From the NCBI GenBank assembly GCA_965644495.1, contig CBFFSA010000001.1:868001-932000 (forward strand): a stretch of 64,000 bases of DNA, given 5' to 3'. The first letter of the stretch is position 1, and every line of letters begins with the position of its first letter. The notes below the pieces were generated by a model that saw nothing but the letters and a program-made list of their open reading frames with translations, searched no databases and was not told where the DNA came from. Positions 23,397 to 34,800 of this stretch are shown one piece after another. The position numbers and the translations under genes are program-made. The DNA is from Perkinsela sp. CCAP 1560/9. Lineage: Eukaryota > Protista > Euglenozoa: Kinetoplastea.

Positions 23397-23529
23397 AGAT
23401 GTAGCAGATTCCCACTGAAAAGAAATCGTATCTCCCTGCACGAAGTTGGCTCCAAGCTAGCAAGCGCATAGGTAAGCATTTCTCGTGCAGGGAGATACGA
23501 TTTCTTTTCAGTGGGAATCTGCTACATCT
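23397..23529. repeat. Perfect 47-bp inverted repeat with 39-nt spacer
   Basis: agatgtagcagattcccactgaaaagaaatcgtatctccctgcacga (23397-23443) is exactly reverse-complemented at 23483-23529. Confidence 0.95.
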
Positions 23530-23625
23530 ATATATGGTACGAGTGCGCTTTGTAATTTCGGGCGCACACCTGTGCCGTTCATTTCGTGTTATTGTTTACA
23601 ATTTTGAATTTACCCTATACAGGAT

Positions 23626-23678
23626 GAGATACGGAGTATGTAACTCGCTGTTACAACGAGTTACATACTCCGTATCTC
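23626..23678. repeat. Perfect 22-bp inverted repeat with 9-nt loop
   Basis: gagatacggagtatgtaactcg ctgttacaa cgagttacatactccgtatctc. Confidence 0.95.
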
Positions 23679-23783
23679 CCTCAATAAAAATTCTCAAATA
23701 ACAGCTCTGTATGGAGTCATGCGTGCAAGTTAATGTATTCAATCGTTCATTATACTATCGTTTTGTAAATTGCCTTTGGGCAC

Positions 23784-24821
23784 ATGCGACGTCTTGTCTG
23801 TATAGGCGGGTGGTGCGGACCCTCGCTTGCCATATCGAAACTTGCGCTGCGGAAGACAGATGATTCACTCTCCCCATATGAATTTGTTCGTTGCTCATTC
23901 GACGCAATAACTCAATATACGCGCCGCTCCAATCTTTCGGACTTTTTTCCAGAACCTGCAGTGGCAGACCCAGTTGGCATATGGTTACTTTTTCGTGGTA
24001 AGCACACATGTTTTACTCATTTCGACATAAGCAATCCAAAAATTCAAAACGATTATTTGCAACGCTTCTCAAGGTACAAAGCCCTGCTTGAAGGTCCTAT
24101 ACAGCCGCTATTATTCGTGAGAACCATAATATCGGAAAATCCTTTAGAAGAGGTTGCAGAAGCTATAGAATTTCAGAAAGTTTTGGACAACTATCCAGCA
24201 TCAAAAGACGCCCGAATTCTTCTTATCTGTCACGATCAGAAATACAATACATGTTCACGTATTCGCGTGGATGTTCCACGTATTATGCTATGGTGTCTGG
24301 AATACGATACTACCCCAGAGGCGCTCGCTGGGGGCTTATTCGGAAAATCTCACTCCGGCTACGAGAGAATATTGTCTTACGCTCTGGAGGATGCCCACTG
24401 GGAAACCGAACGCGATGCCCTGTCTTGGACCTCACCCCGTCATCATACGCACCTGTGTCACGTAGAAGGAGTTCCGATATTTACTCACAGTTGCACCGGG
24501 TACGGAACTATGCGACTACCTTCGATTCGAGATGAAACCGGGTGTGAGTGCTGCCCTCACTGCAAGGATCCCACCAGTCATGCCGTGATCGATGTCACAA
24601 AGTGGGACTCCAGTAAACCGTGGAGTGATGAAGAGGATGAAGCCCTCCGAGGAGTTCAGCTGCGCCAGACGATGCATGAGCAGGGCCTGGGCCCAAAGGT
24701 AGACGTTGTCGAGGCTGTAGAAGGCTTTGCTCAACGCTACAATCGTGGTGCCAATCAAACTTTGCGGCGCATGTACCATTTGTTGGAGACCTGTGAACCG
24801 GGTGAGCATCTCAAATCCTAG
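23784..24821 (+). CDS. DUF1796-like (putative papain-like peptidase) protein with Myb-like C-terminus
   Basis: LVCIGGWCGPSLAI.KL.LR..SPYEF resembles the DUF1796 SLG..C....L...LR....PFDW start; KPWSDEEDEAL resembles Myb helix 1. Confidence 0.55.
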   Translation: MRRLVCIGGWCGPSLAISKLALRKTDDSLSPYEFVRCSFDAITQYTRRSNLSDFFPEPAVADPVGIWLLFRGKHTCFTHFDISNPKIQNDYLQRFSRYKALLEGPIQPLLFVRTIISENPLEEVAEAIEFQKVLDNYPASKDARILLICHDQKYNTCSRIRVDVPRIMLWCLEYDTTPEALAGGLFGKSHSGYERILSYALEDAHWETERDALSWTSPRHHTHLCHVEGVPIFTHSCTGYGTMRLPSIRDETGCECCPHCKDPTSHAVIDVTKWDSSKPWSDEEDEALRGVQLRQTMHEQGLGPKVDVVEAVEGFAQRYNRGANQTLRRMYHLLETCEPGEHLKS

Positions 24822-25012
24822 CAAGACCACGTACGACGGAGCTCAATCTTTCCGGAATACCAGAATATCATCGTATTTCGGATGAATTCACTCATAATTG
24901 TGCTTCACCTCATAATTGGATTTTACCCTTCATCTTTATTCGACTCTTTTCATCCAAACTCATAAACTTTACAAACTTCTACGCACTTTTCTACCTTTAT
25001 CACTCCGTCTAC

Positions 25013-25693
25013 ATGGCTTCTGCCACCCTCGTCGTTACCGGCTTACCCGTTGACATCACCCCCCGTGAATTCTCCACCTTCTTTCGTTTCGCCAACGGTT
25101 TCGTCAACGCCGCCCTGCTACCCAGTCCCACAGGCGTCGGATGCACCGGCTACGCCCGATTCGACCGCATCGAGAACGCCTCCCGGGTACTCCAATTCCT
25201 CTCCAACCAACCCTACTGCGTGGGCTTCGTCAACACCCCCCTCACCGTCACCGTAAGCCCCGTCGAACTGGACGACCGCATGATGGCACAAAGTATCCCC
25301 GCCACCCCCGCCCTCCCCCGGGGGGCTCCCCTCCCCTCCCCCTACCCCCGTGCCGTTCCCCCGCCCCCCTACCCCGGGGGCAGCCCCGCCCCCTACCCCG
25401 GGGCCGTGGACTACGGCTACAACAAGCGCCCCCGGGCCTCGGACCCCGACCCCACGACGGTCTACGTCGCGGGCCTCCCGCACGCGATGTCGGAGAGCAC
25501 CGTGCACGGGCTGTTCGCGCCGTTCGGGGCGGTCACCCGGGTGGACGGCCCGCGGGAGGGGCGCAACCCCGCCCGGGGGCGGTACGCCTTCGTGCACTAC
25601 GCCTCCAAGGCGGAGGCCGACGCGGCGGTGGCGGAGATGAACGGGCACATGACGGAGGACGGGGCGACGCTGATGGTGCAGTCCCGGGGGTGA
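25013..25693 (+). CDS. RNA-binding protein with two RRM domains
   Basis: TLVVTGLP / TGYARF and TVYVAGLP / RYAFVHY (RNP2/RNP1) joined by a Pro/Tyr-rich linker. Confidence 0.9.
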   Translation: MASATLVVTGLPVDITPREFSTFFRFANGFVNAALLPSPTGVGCTGYARFDRIENASRVLQFLSNQPYCVGFVNTPLTVTVSPVELDDRMMAQSIPATPALPRGAPLPSPYPRAVPPPPYPGGSPAPYPGAVDYGYNKRPRASDPDPTTVYVAGLPHAMSESTVHGLFAPFGAVTRVDGPREGRNPARGRYAFVHYASKAEADAAVAEMNGHMTEDGATLMVQSRG

Positions 25694-26939
25694 GGCGGGG
25701 GGGAGAGGGGGTGGGGGGGACAAAGGGGGTATTGTATTGACGAGTACAGTACTATGGTAGTAGGGTCGTTTTAAATTGGGGTTTAGGATGGGACTTTGCC
25801 TCAGGGTTTTTTTGGGTCTACGATGTAAATCTTGTGTTTGAGAAAGAAAGGAGTTTGGAGGAAGTTTGGAAGGAGAGATAAAGCAGGATAGAACAACGTG
25901 ACGTGGAGAAGATTGAAAGGGTCAGCTAGATAAGGTACGCATGTCGTCTGTTGTGTGTGACGGAATTTTAAGAGTATGGGGTTAAGTAAATGATTTAGCC
26001 TTTCAATAAGGTGTTATGAACTTTATGTTATTTTGAGTAGCAAGTTCTTGATTGTGTGGTCCTTAAATTCGGCTCTCCAAATTTGTTTATCTCAAAGATG
26101 GTTTTCGAGTCGAGGCGGTTTTCTTACAATTTTTTATAATAATTCTGCTAATTTTTTATAAATTTCGATTTCGTATAAAAAAGTTAAATGTTCTCCCAGT
26201 TTGCTATAGTTTTCTATGAACCATATTTTTTAAACGTCTATTCTATGCACTTTCTTTTTCTGGAGTGAGTTATTTCGTTACTCGATTGTTTGATTTGGTT
26301 CTCAACGAGCCTCGATACTTCCATTTTTTTTCGATGTTATACAGACCTTTTCCGATGTTATATTGCGAAAGCCAATATAAGCTATATTGCACGTCTCGCA
26401 CTTTTTATGCAACACCGTCACTTTTGTGAGTAGTTGTGTTATTTTTTGCATTTCGTATCACTCGCTCTCAACCTTATATCTTTTGAGTCTGATTTTTCTT
26501 TCGTAGGGCTTTAATCTCGCGCCACATTCCTCTCTAGTTTTCCTATATGAACTATTTAGGTTTGCTATTCTTTCTTGCTGTGTATTTTCTAGCTTCGTAA
26601 CGTTAGCGCATGTTTGTGTTTTCACATTATCTTGATTAAACGGATTTGCACGATCGATATGATCGTTATATGGGGGTGTATAGGAAAAAGTGTCTTATCA
26701 GCGAGTTTTCAGTTGTTCTCTATTTATGAAATTTATGTGTTCTCTATTCTTCCTGTTGCGCATCACGAAATGTCCTACCTTTTTGTAAGATGCACTATTG
26801 ATATACATGCACGCACGTTGTATTACACGCATGCACATAGACATGCAAAAGTTATCAAAACATATTCTTCTATCAATAATTTGCCTTTTGTGTTCTAGTT
26901 TCTTATCAGAATCTTTACGCGTATCGGTGATTTTATGTC

Positions 26940-29900
26940 ATGACCTCAGAAAGCCCCAGTCACAAAGAATTAACTTGCGCCGACATGACGGGCTCTGCGA
27001 AGCGGCCTGAGGAACGCACTCCACCCATACGGGTTCTTAAACGTGTTACATCGAAGGACCTTGCAAAAGAACCACACACCGAGATTCCCAGTGACAGGCA
27101 ACACGATTCCGATCGACCTGAGCCGAGACGTCGGGGTGACAGACATACCTCTCGAAGTGGGCCACAACGACTGACACACTCGCGCCCTCGAGAGGGTAGG
27201 ATTTCCCGCAGGACTCAACGCGGTGGTGGCATGCCCTTTGCTCCGGAAATGGAGCACGACTCCGACTTTCTTCCCCCTTTTCTACCCTCCCCACAGCACC
27301 CTGACAGTGGACCCTACGGTCTTGTCCCCCCGTCGTTTTATCCCCCGCCAGGATTTACCGAGCACGGGTACCCCATGCCAGGCGCTCTAGGACGCGACCC
27401 GGTCCCCCACTTTTCTCGCCGTGGCAGGAACACGCGCGGACGAATGGACCGCGGGGGAATGGGCCACCCGATGGATGTTCCTTACCCTCTCCCTCCTCCG
27501 ATTTCACCTGACGTTTCGATTTCACCTGTCCATCGTGGCTCTCTTCATGGCTCGATGATGCGAGGTCGTCGTGTTCCGTACCCCCCATCTACGTCAGAAT
27601 ATGACGCAGGAAGAGTGTTTCGAGCTCGTCGCGGTATGACACCCGGATTTGAAAATTCCGCTAGTGCGCCCTATGGTGAGTACTATGCACTAGAAAATCA
27701 GGAAGCCGAAAGCAATGCACGTCTGGAAGGCACACCGATGCCGTACGAAACTGCAAACGCCCAACGTAGAAGAAATCGAAATCGGTACATACCCTCACAA
27801 GGAGATAGAATTCACGATGAAATGAATGCAACCAATGTGGACGAGTTTCGGGATCTCGCAATGTACACATCTTCAGAATTCCGGAAACAAGGTACGGGAT
27901 ACTCTGAATTTCTTGAGAGTGATGCCAATCACTCTGAGTTTCATGAAAAACGACCCTTGAGTAATTCTCCGTTTTTAAAAGTACACTTGGTGCCGCCATC
28001 CCCGGACACGATCTCGCTTGCGAGTCACATTGCTGGTTCTTGGCTGGAACTTCTTCCTGATGACGTCACTGAGCCACACACTCGTCATGAAAACAAACCA
28101 TTTGCTTTTATATCGTCTCCAGCGAAGCAGGAAATCGTACCAACTGCGATCGAAATGTCTACCAATGCCCAGAAAGAAATGTATATATTGGATGAAAATT
28201 TCCTGGAACATCAAGGCGAAATGTACAATGATATGGCCCATAAGGCGGTACATCTCGAAGAAAAAGTATTGCCACATGAAATTCGTAAGGATGATACCTT
28301 AGAAGCCGTGTATCCCCGGGTCACGATGCAACATGATGATTTCTATCACACTTTCATTGAACATGGAGACGCAACGCTTGTGGAGCTATGGAGCATGGGA
28401 TCTAACGAATCCATCCGATCACGAGCCATGACACGTGTGACTCATCACTGGTCTCTGACAGGACTACAAGCACCATTTCACTGGGCTCTGCTCACCACTA
28501 TGCACCGTACTAAAGGAAGGTCGAACATTCAAGAATTATTTACGTGGCAGCTCGTCAAAAAGATTCACCAGAGTCCGTGTTTATTCTTCAATCTGGAGAA
28601 GTATAAGTGCAACCGCAACGAAGATCACGAAACACAGGGCTTTCATTTTTGTTTGTGCTGTGGCCGTGGTGATCACGGTGCTCATATTTGTCCAAGTCTA
28701 AACAAATTGGAACGTCTTCTGCGTGACTTAGGGGTCCTTTTGAAAGTATCTGAAGAGACTCTCATGCAATTCTTCGGGTTGCAAGAAAGTGAACCTCCTC
28801 CAACAATCGTGGTGCTATTAAACGAAACTGCCATGCCACTTCACGCGCACGGAAATACTAAAAGCCAGGTGATTAATAATGTGTCATCATCTGAGAGCGT
28901 AGAAAATCATCGGGCACAGCCTTCAGCGCGCACGAGATCATGCTCTCCGGCTTCTCGCCTTACACCGTTAAACAGATTTCGAGATGTTTTTCTTATGAAA
29001 GATATGGATAAACATCCTTCACTTTCGAAAACTCGACTAACTGCCTCTAAACAAGACATCTACCAAAATTTTGTTGCATCAAACTTAAAATTGCGCGATA
29101 TTTGGAAAATGGGGAACAATTCGAGATTGAGAAAGAAGGCTTTCGCATTGTTAAGAGAATGTCCGTCATCTATGCCGTTCTTTTGGACCCTCCTGGCTGC
29201 TGTATGGACAGAGTCTGTTGTTACGCCGTTTTGGGTGAAATTGGACTACTCCATATCAGAAACTCCTTGCTTCGCTTACAACACGGGAAACTGTGTTAAC
29301 AAGAATGTTCAACATATTCAGAATAAACATTTTTGTCTTTGCTGTGGGCATTCTCACCACGATGCGGCAAACTGTTCCACAATGAAAGGCTTGCGGAGTG
29401 CAATACAACAATTCGCGCACGATCTGGGAACATCGGTAGCCGCTGTAGCGGAAATCTTTGGGACGGAAAAAATAAATGATCGTTTTTCTATCTCTGTTAC
29501 GATAGCAGTGACAAAAAGGAATGCCGACATAACACCATCGACATCAAAGAATACTATTAGTGATGATTCAGGTGCGGGCGAAGAAAGTGATGAATCATCT
29601 TTTCGCAGAAATTTTATGTTAGATGAAGTCCAAAAAGTGATTTCGATTTCTAGAACTCGATTTTACGACGTGTTTGTGACTTCGGAAGATGATCTTCGCA
29701 GTCTTTGGTTTGTGACCTCTAGTGATGATGCTCAAAGTTGCGCTGAGACGGTAATGACACGTCATTGGTACAAGACGTCGTTTCGAGACGTGCCTCGTCT
29801 ATGGGCCATATTAACTGCAGCGCATTGGGTAAGGTTTTTAAAGCCACACACATTCAATTGGCAACGTCGTAAGCATCCTCAAGGCTACCCTTGCCTCTAT

Positions 29901-30917
29901 TTCAACAAGGCTGACAACATGTGTGCTCTTTCGGAAAGGCACGTCCCGGCGGGTTTTCATTTTTGTTTGTGTTGCGGCGAAACTGATCATGGAGCCCGAA
30001 CTTGTCGAAATCTAAAAAGATTGGAAAAGAGGCTTATCCACTTTTCGCAACAGTTCGGCCTCACGCGTGATGGATTTGATCGACTATTAGGCATTACAGG
30101 CCCTCCATCACGCTCAGTATTTTACATTCGAGACCTTAACAATACGGAGTACTCTCGGTCCCGTTCCACTTCCAACACTGCGGCGCAGAAAAGTTTGGCA
30201 GTCCCTGCTGCTCAAGGAGGAGTAGACCCAACTTTGAATGAAGTGTTGAATACATCAAATGGTACTTCAGAGGATAACTCATTCTATGCTTTCGAACATG
30301 ACGTTGTTCACAAACAAGAAGCGTTGGACAGGGCCTATGATGAAGAGCGACTAGCCTTCGCACAACATGAGCTTCATCGTCAACAATATGAGCGTGCGCA
30401 GAGTATTCTAAAGCTAGATGAATTTTCAAATTCGGAGGATCAAGCGCACTTTCAAATTCTAGAAAAGAGTTTTCAAATATCGAAAGATTCGCATCTCCGC
30501 AAGCAGCAGGATCTAGAGTCAATTCGTCGCGATTTAAGCTCTTTAGAACAGAAGCGGTATGCGGAATCTCTAAACGACACTGAAGAATTCAAGACTCCTA
30601 TGGTCTGCGAAGCAATGGAAAGCTTTGAGCAGAGCGAAACTGCTCACAAACGAACAACTTCAGATATTGTCGACGAAAAAGCAAATCAGGTTTCACATAT
30701 TCATCAGAAACAAATAAATCGCCACTCACAGGAGAAAGCGACATCTCCTTTCAGTAAAATACACAGCAAGTCATATTCTGATTTACTACATGAAGCTTTT
30801 GCATCACTCCTTATCGGACTTCATGATCACTTACGTTTGTTCGGAAACATCCCCTATATGGTGTTTTGCATTACAGTATGCGTTTTCGTTCTACTCGTAT
30901 TGTATCATATGCTGTAA
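26940..30917 (+). CDS. 1325-aa protein: Arg/Gly/Pro-rich N-terminus, three Cys/His + CCHC knuckle modules, coiled coil, C-terminal transmembrane anchor
   Basis: Three PC..(Y/F)N..C.....H....HFCLCCG...H....C repeats; ends YMVFCITVCVFVLLVLYHML. Confidence 0.85.
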   Translation: MTSESPSHKELTCADMTGSAKRPEERTPPIRVLKRVTSKDLAKEPHTEIPSDRQHDSDRPEPRRRGDRHTSRSGPQRLTHSRPREGRISRRTQRGGGMPFAPEMEHDSDFLPPFLPSPQHPDSGPYGLVPPSFYPPPGFTEHGYPMPGALGRDPVPHFSRRGRNTRGRMDRGGMGHPMDVPYPLPPPISPDVSISPVHRGSLHGSMMRGRRVPYPPSTSEYDAGRVFRARRGMTPGFENSASAPYGEYYALENQEAESNARLEGTPMPYETANAQRRRNRNRYIPSQGDRIHDEMNATNVDEFRDLAMYTSSEFRKQGTGYSEFLESDANHSEFHEKRPLSNSPFLKVHLVPPSPDTISLASHIAGSWLELLPDDVTEPHTRHENKPFAFISSPAKQEIVPTAIEMSTNAQKEMYILDENFLEHQGEMYNDMAHKAVHLEEKVLPHEIRKDDTLEAVYPRVTMQHDDFYHTFIEHGDATLVELWSMGSNESIRSRAMTRVTHHWSLTGLQAPFHWALLTTMHRTKGRSNIQELFTWQLVKKIHQSPCLFFNLEKYKCNRNEDHETQGFHFCLCCGRGDHGAHICPSLNKLERLLRDLGVLLKVSEETLMQFFGLQESEPPPTIVVLLNETAMPLHAHGNTKSQVINNVSSSESVENHRAQPSARTRSCSPASRLTPLNRFRDVFLMKDMDKHPSLSKTRLTASKQDIYQNFVASNLKLRDIWKMGNNSRLRKKAFALLRECPSSMPFFWTLLAAVWTESVVTPFWVKLDYSISETPCFAYNTGNCVNKNVQHIQNKHFCLCCGHSHHDAANCSTMKGLRSAIQQFAHDLGTSVAAVAEIFGTEKINDRFSISVTIAVTKRNADITPSTSKNTISDDSGAGEESDESSFRRNFMLDEVQKVISISRTRFYDVFVTSEDDLRSLWFVTSSDDAQSCAETVMTRHWYKTSFRDVPRLWAILTAAHWVRFLKPHTFNWQRRKHPQGYPCLYFNKADNMCALSERHVPAGFHFCLCCGETDHGARTCRNLKRLEKRLIHFSQQFGLTRDGFDRLLGITGPPSRSVFYIRDLNNTEYSRSRSTSNTAAQKSLAVPAAQGGVDPTLNEVLNTSNGTSEDNSFYAFEHDVVHKQEALDRAYDEERLAFAQHELHRQQYERAQSILKLDEFSNSEDQAHFQILEKSFQISKDSHLRKQQDLESIRRDLSSLEQKRYAESLNDTEEFKTPMVCEAMESFEQSETAHKRTTSDIVDEKANQVSHIHQKQINRHSQEKATSPFSKIHSKSYSDLLHEAFASLLIGLHDHLRLFGNIPYMVFCITVCVFVLLVLYHML

Positions 30918-31853
30918 TGCGGCTGTTTAAACTTTACTTGTACGCTGGGGGGTATACGGTATACAAAAGTATACCGTATTATTCCTTCAAAAGATTTCTA
31001 CACGAACAAAGAGAGAGGTAAAATGGAAATATGTTCTCTTAACGAAGAGATGTTGTATTGAAACCGGGGGGATCATCTTTCCCAATGGAGTACAAAATTA
31101 CGTTTTGCAGCGTAAAGTCAACAAAATTAACACTGCGGATATTTTCTACTCACCGCACATATTGATACTAACCATTGCATTTGATTTATTCCCGGAATAA
31201 TGAGTAGATCGTAAAATGGCATTGCTTGTTTTAAGTAAATGTTTTATATGAAATATTTAAACACATTGTGAATTCACTGTCTCTCAGTTTTTTCCTATCG
31301 GATTTCAGTTATCTCTGGAGTGGCGTAGAGCGTTGCTCCAATGCACAAATATATTCTACGTACATGCATATTACGTACATGTATGTACGTATGATTTCGT
31401 ACACATTTTATTTTTTGAGAAAAGAAGTTATTGTATATTTTTCTGGTGAAGGAGAGTGTAACTTCGGTTAGGTTCAACCTTTTATGATTATAGTGTACCA
31501 CTTTTGTCTAGTCGATGCAGATACTATAGTACTGTGTCGATAGTCCAGATGTATTTACGTGAATGATAGCCGCTGAAAGAGCAATTTTATTAATTGAATT
31601 AATTACATAATAGTGAAGGCAATAATAGCTCCATCCTGCTCCGGTAATTTACTTCATTGACAAATGTACACCACAGGGTGAATACATTTTCAACGTATTA
31701 GAGCGTAAACTTAAACCACTTCATCTGTTTCTTTTTTGAATGTGAATAACGTACTCAGTAGAGTAGCTAATTTGTCGTACACAACATATTTCATTTCAAT
31801 TTAGGTTGTTTGTTATTTCCTTTTTGACGTAGTGTCCAAGTAACGTCAAGCTA

Positions 31854-34800
31854 ATGCAACCTTATGTGTTGGACGGGAGCCAGCGAGAGCGACTTCACAA
31901 AACCATTCTCACAGTAGCCAAACTTTCATCAGTCGCTGCGATATGGAAAATGGCATGTGAAGTGAAAGATGACATCCAAGCTCATGTGAAAAATGCGGGT
32001 CTCTCAGTTCGGCGCAACGTGTACATTTCAGGTCAATCTCTAGCTCTTGGATATTGGGATCCAACTTCTCCACTTGAACTAACGGCATTATCCCCGGAAG
32101 ATCAAACATTGGCATCTCAAATGGGATCTAAATCTAGGCTACGAATGTCAGCAGAAATCGATGCGGTACAGTTTAGTCGGTATTTTTCTACTTTGTCTCT
32201 CTCAGAGAAAGGAACGATTTTACTTTGTCGCGGCACCGAGAGTCAAAGGAACGACTGCATTCAGTACCGTGCCAAAGGCATGCATCCCTCTCGGGTAGAT
32301 CAAACGAGTAGATACACGAACATCAATTTTAATCTTAAGTTCGGTGGGACAGATGTGTTTGAAGCTGTTCTCCACAGATTATACTTCACACAACATCCAA
32401 TGATTTACTTGGGCGCTCGAGTTCTTTTAAAGCTCGCTCATTCAATGGAATTCTTCACGTGCCGTAAGTCAAGCTTACGATCCGAAGTTATCATGAAGAT
32501 GTGGACATATTTTGTTTGTCAGACGCGTAAGAATTTGGTTCAATTCGTTCCTCCGCAAGTTGCATTAGATGAATTTCATAAGCTCTCGTTGCAACTGGAG
32601 CTTTTGCGACTGAGTTATCAGCTACAAAGCGAAGTAAGCTCAACACTTGAGATTCTAGTTCAATTCTATGAATTTTACTCCTCAAAGTTTCTGTTTGAAG
32701 AACACGCCTTGTCACTGTCCAAACCGGGGACCACGTACAAGCCCAAAAGTGTAGAAGAAATTACTCCAACTGATAAAGAATATTGGGCTACGCCGGGTGT
32801 CATATGGCTCTATGACTGCTTCGAGAGAAATTTTTATCGCTTGAAATCTCCAGCGTTCACTATTTCCCAACTCCGACGGCTGTTTCGTGATACTGTTTCC
32901 CATCTAATGCCACCTCCGTGGGCTTCATATCCACAAGGCTCAAATCCGGCCATGCCCCCCCAGTACAATGAGGACATATTTTCACCACCGCTTCCAGGTA
33001 TGAATGAATTACCGATGCATGATGGCGGCCAGTTCATGGGACATCCAGCTAACCCTTTGGAAATGATACCCCGCAACATTTCGGCACCCCACGGATCTTC
33101 CGACTTCAGCATGCGCTCGAATATGTATAACCCATTAGCCACACCTTACCACCCCAATCTACCTTCCAGTTCTACCGGGGGACACACACAGAAATTTCAT
33201 AAGGGACATGCAGTCCTACCATTTGAATCCCATCAAGGCTTGAAAGCCAGCGCTCGTCTCAAAAACGCGGCTATAAGTGACCCCATTGCTTCAAAGTTGA
33301 TGAATCCGCAAGATTTGGAGCAACACGATGAAGCTTCTCTCCAAAAGGACGTAACAAATGTCCTGCAGCCTTTACTAGAAAGTATGCGTTCAAAAAATAC
33401 TGAAGATGAACCAGAATCGCCGAATTCTTTGCTGCGTCGTCCCATGTTTGGATTTAATATAGATGCGGGGCCCGAAGATGCCCTGAATCTAGAGAATCCT
33501 TCGGGTGTAGATACAGTCTTTGAAAAGCTTCGGATTGCTGAGCCTACGACTACCCCAATACAAGGATCCTTGCTTGACTCCATGCAATTTTTAAACGAAT
33601 TTCAAACGTTCGAAGCTGACTCCCCCATTCCTTCAAACGAGCGAGCATCGTTCACCCCGGATCGGGAAATAATCAGCATTCATGACGTTCGTTCACCACC
33701 CGAACGTCTTACTCCCCAGGTGGAAGCCCAACAGAGCGGTTTACGCAAATCTGTACCTTGGACACGCCCGGGAGATCACGCCACCTCACCTAGCAAAGCA
33801 TTTTCTCGCTCTGAAACAGGTTTGCAGCTTACAAAGAAGGATTTTTATCAAACCTATGTAGACTGCTCAGATGAAACTATGCGAGATTTATGGTACATGG
33901 GTTCACAGGAACTTATCCGGACCCGTGCGATAGACCTTTCTGACAATCACTGGGCTCAAATATCAGTATCGGCTTCCTTTTTTTGGGCTCTTCTTGCAGC
34001 ATCACACGGTTGTCGCTCGGGTAGAAATGCCGCCCACACGTCTACTCGGTCTTTGGTCTGGCATGTCGCAAAAAGGACACAGCACACACCTTGCTTGTTT
34101 TATAATCATGCCGTTGGCGGATGCAAGCAAAATGCTAAGCACGGTACTGCTGGATTTCATTTTTGCTTGTGCTGCGGTGCTGAAGAACACGGAGCGTCAA
34201 ATTGCTTAGCACTCCAGCGCTTACAATCTCGAATTCGGGAGCTTGCTGTTACCCTAGAAGTTGATCTTGAGGTGCTTCAAAAGTTCATGGGATTTACACG
34301 TTTGACTCCGCCTCAAATAATTGTTCTTCCGGTTAAACACCCGCAAACTTCGATTAAATCTCCGATGAGAACAATCATAGGTAACTCCGATGGTCTAGAA
34401 GCATCACTTTCGCCTGATCCCATAGACGAGCTTACTATTCCGGGTAAAGTTGAATTACCGACAACTAAGAAAACTGATGACGATCCGAATCTTAGGTTGC
34501 TAGACGATGTGAGCTCCGTTACCGGTATTAAAGACCTCAAAATGGACGAAGGCCGTATTTCTAGAAACGAATTCTTCAAAGAATGGATCGTAAGTGACAT
34601 CTACTTAAGTGACGTATGGCATTTGTGTAGCGAAGGTGCCGTTCGAACGAGCGCCGAGGACATGTGGTCAAATCATTGGTCTCGTACGGCACTCACATTG
34701 CCTTATTTTTGGGCCCTATTAGCGTCAGCACGCGGATCGGGAATAAGAGGCTTAGTATGGCAGAAATCTTCTGACAAGAACTCAACAAGTCCTTGTCTGT

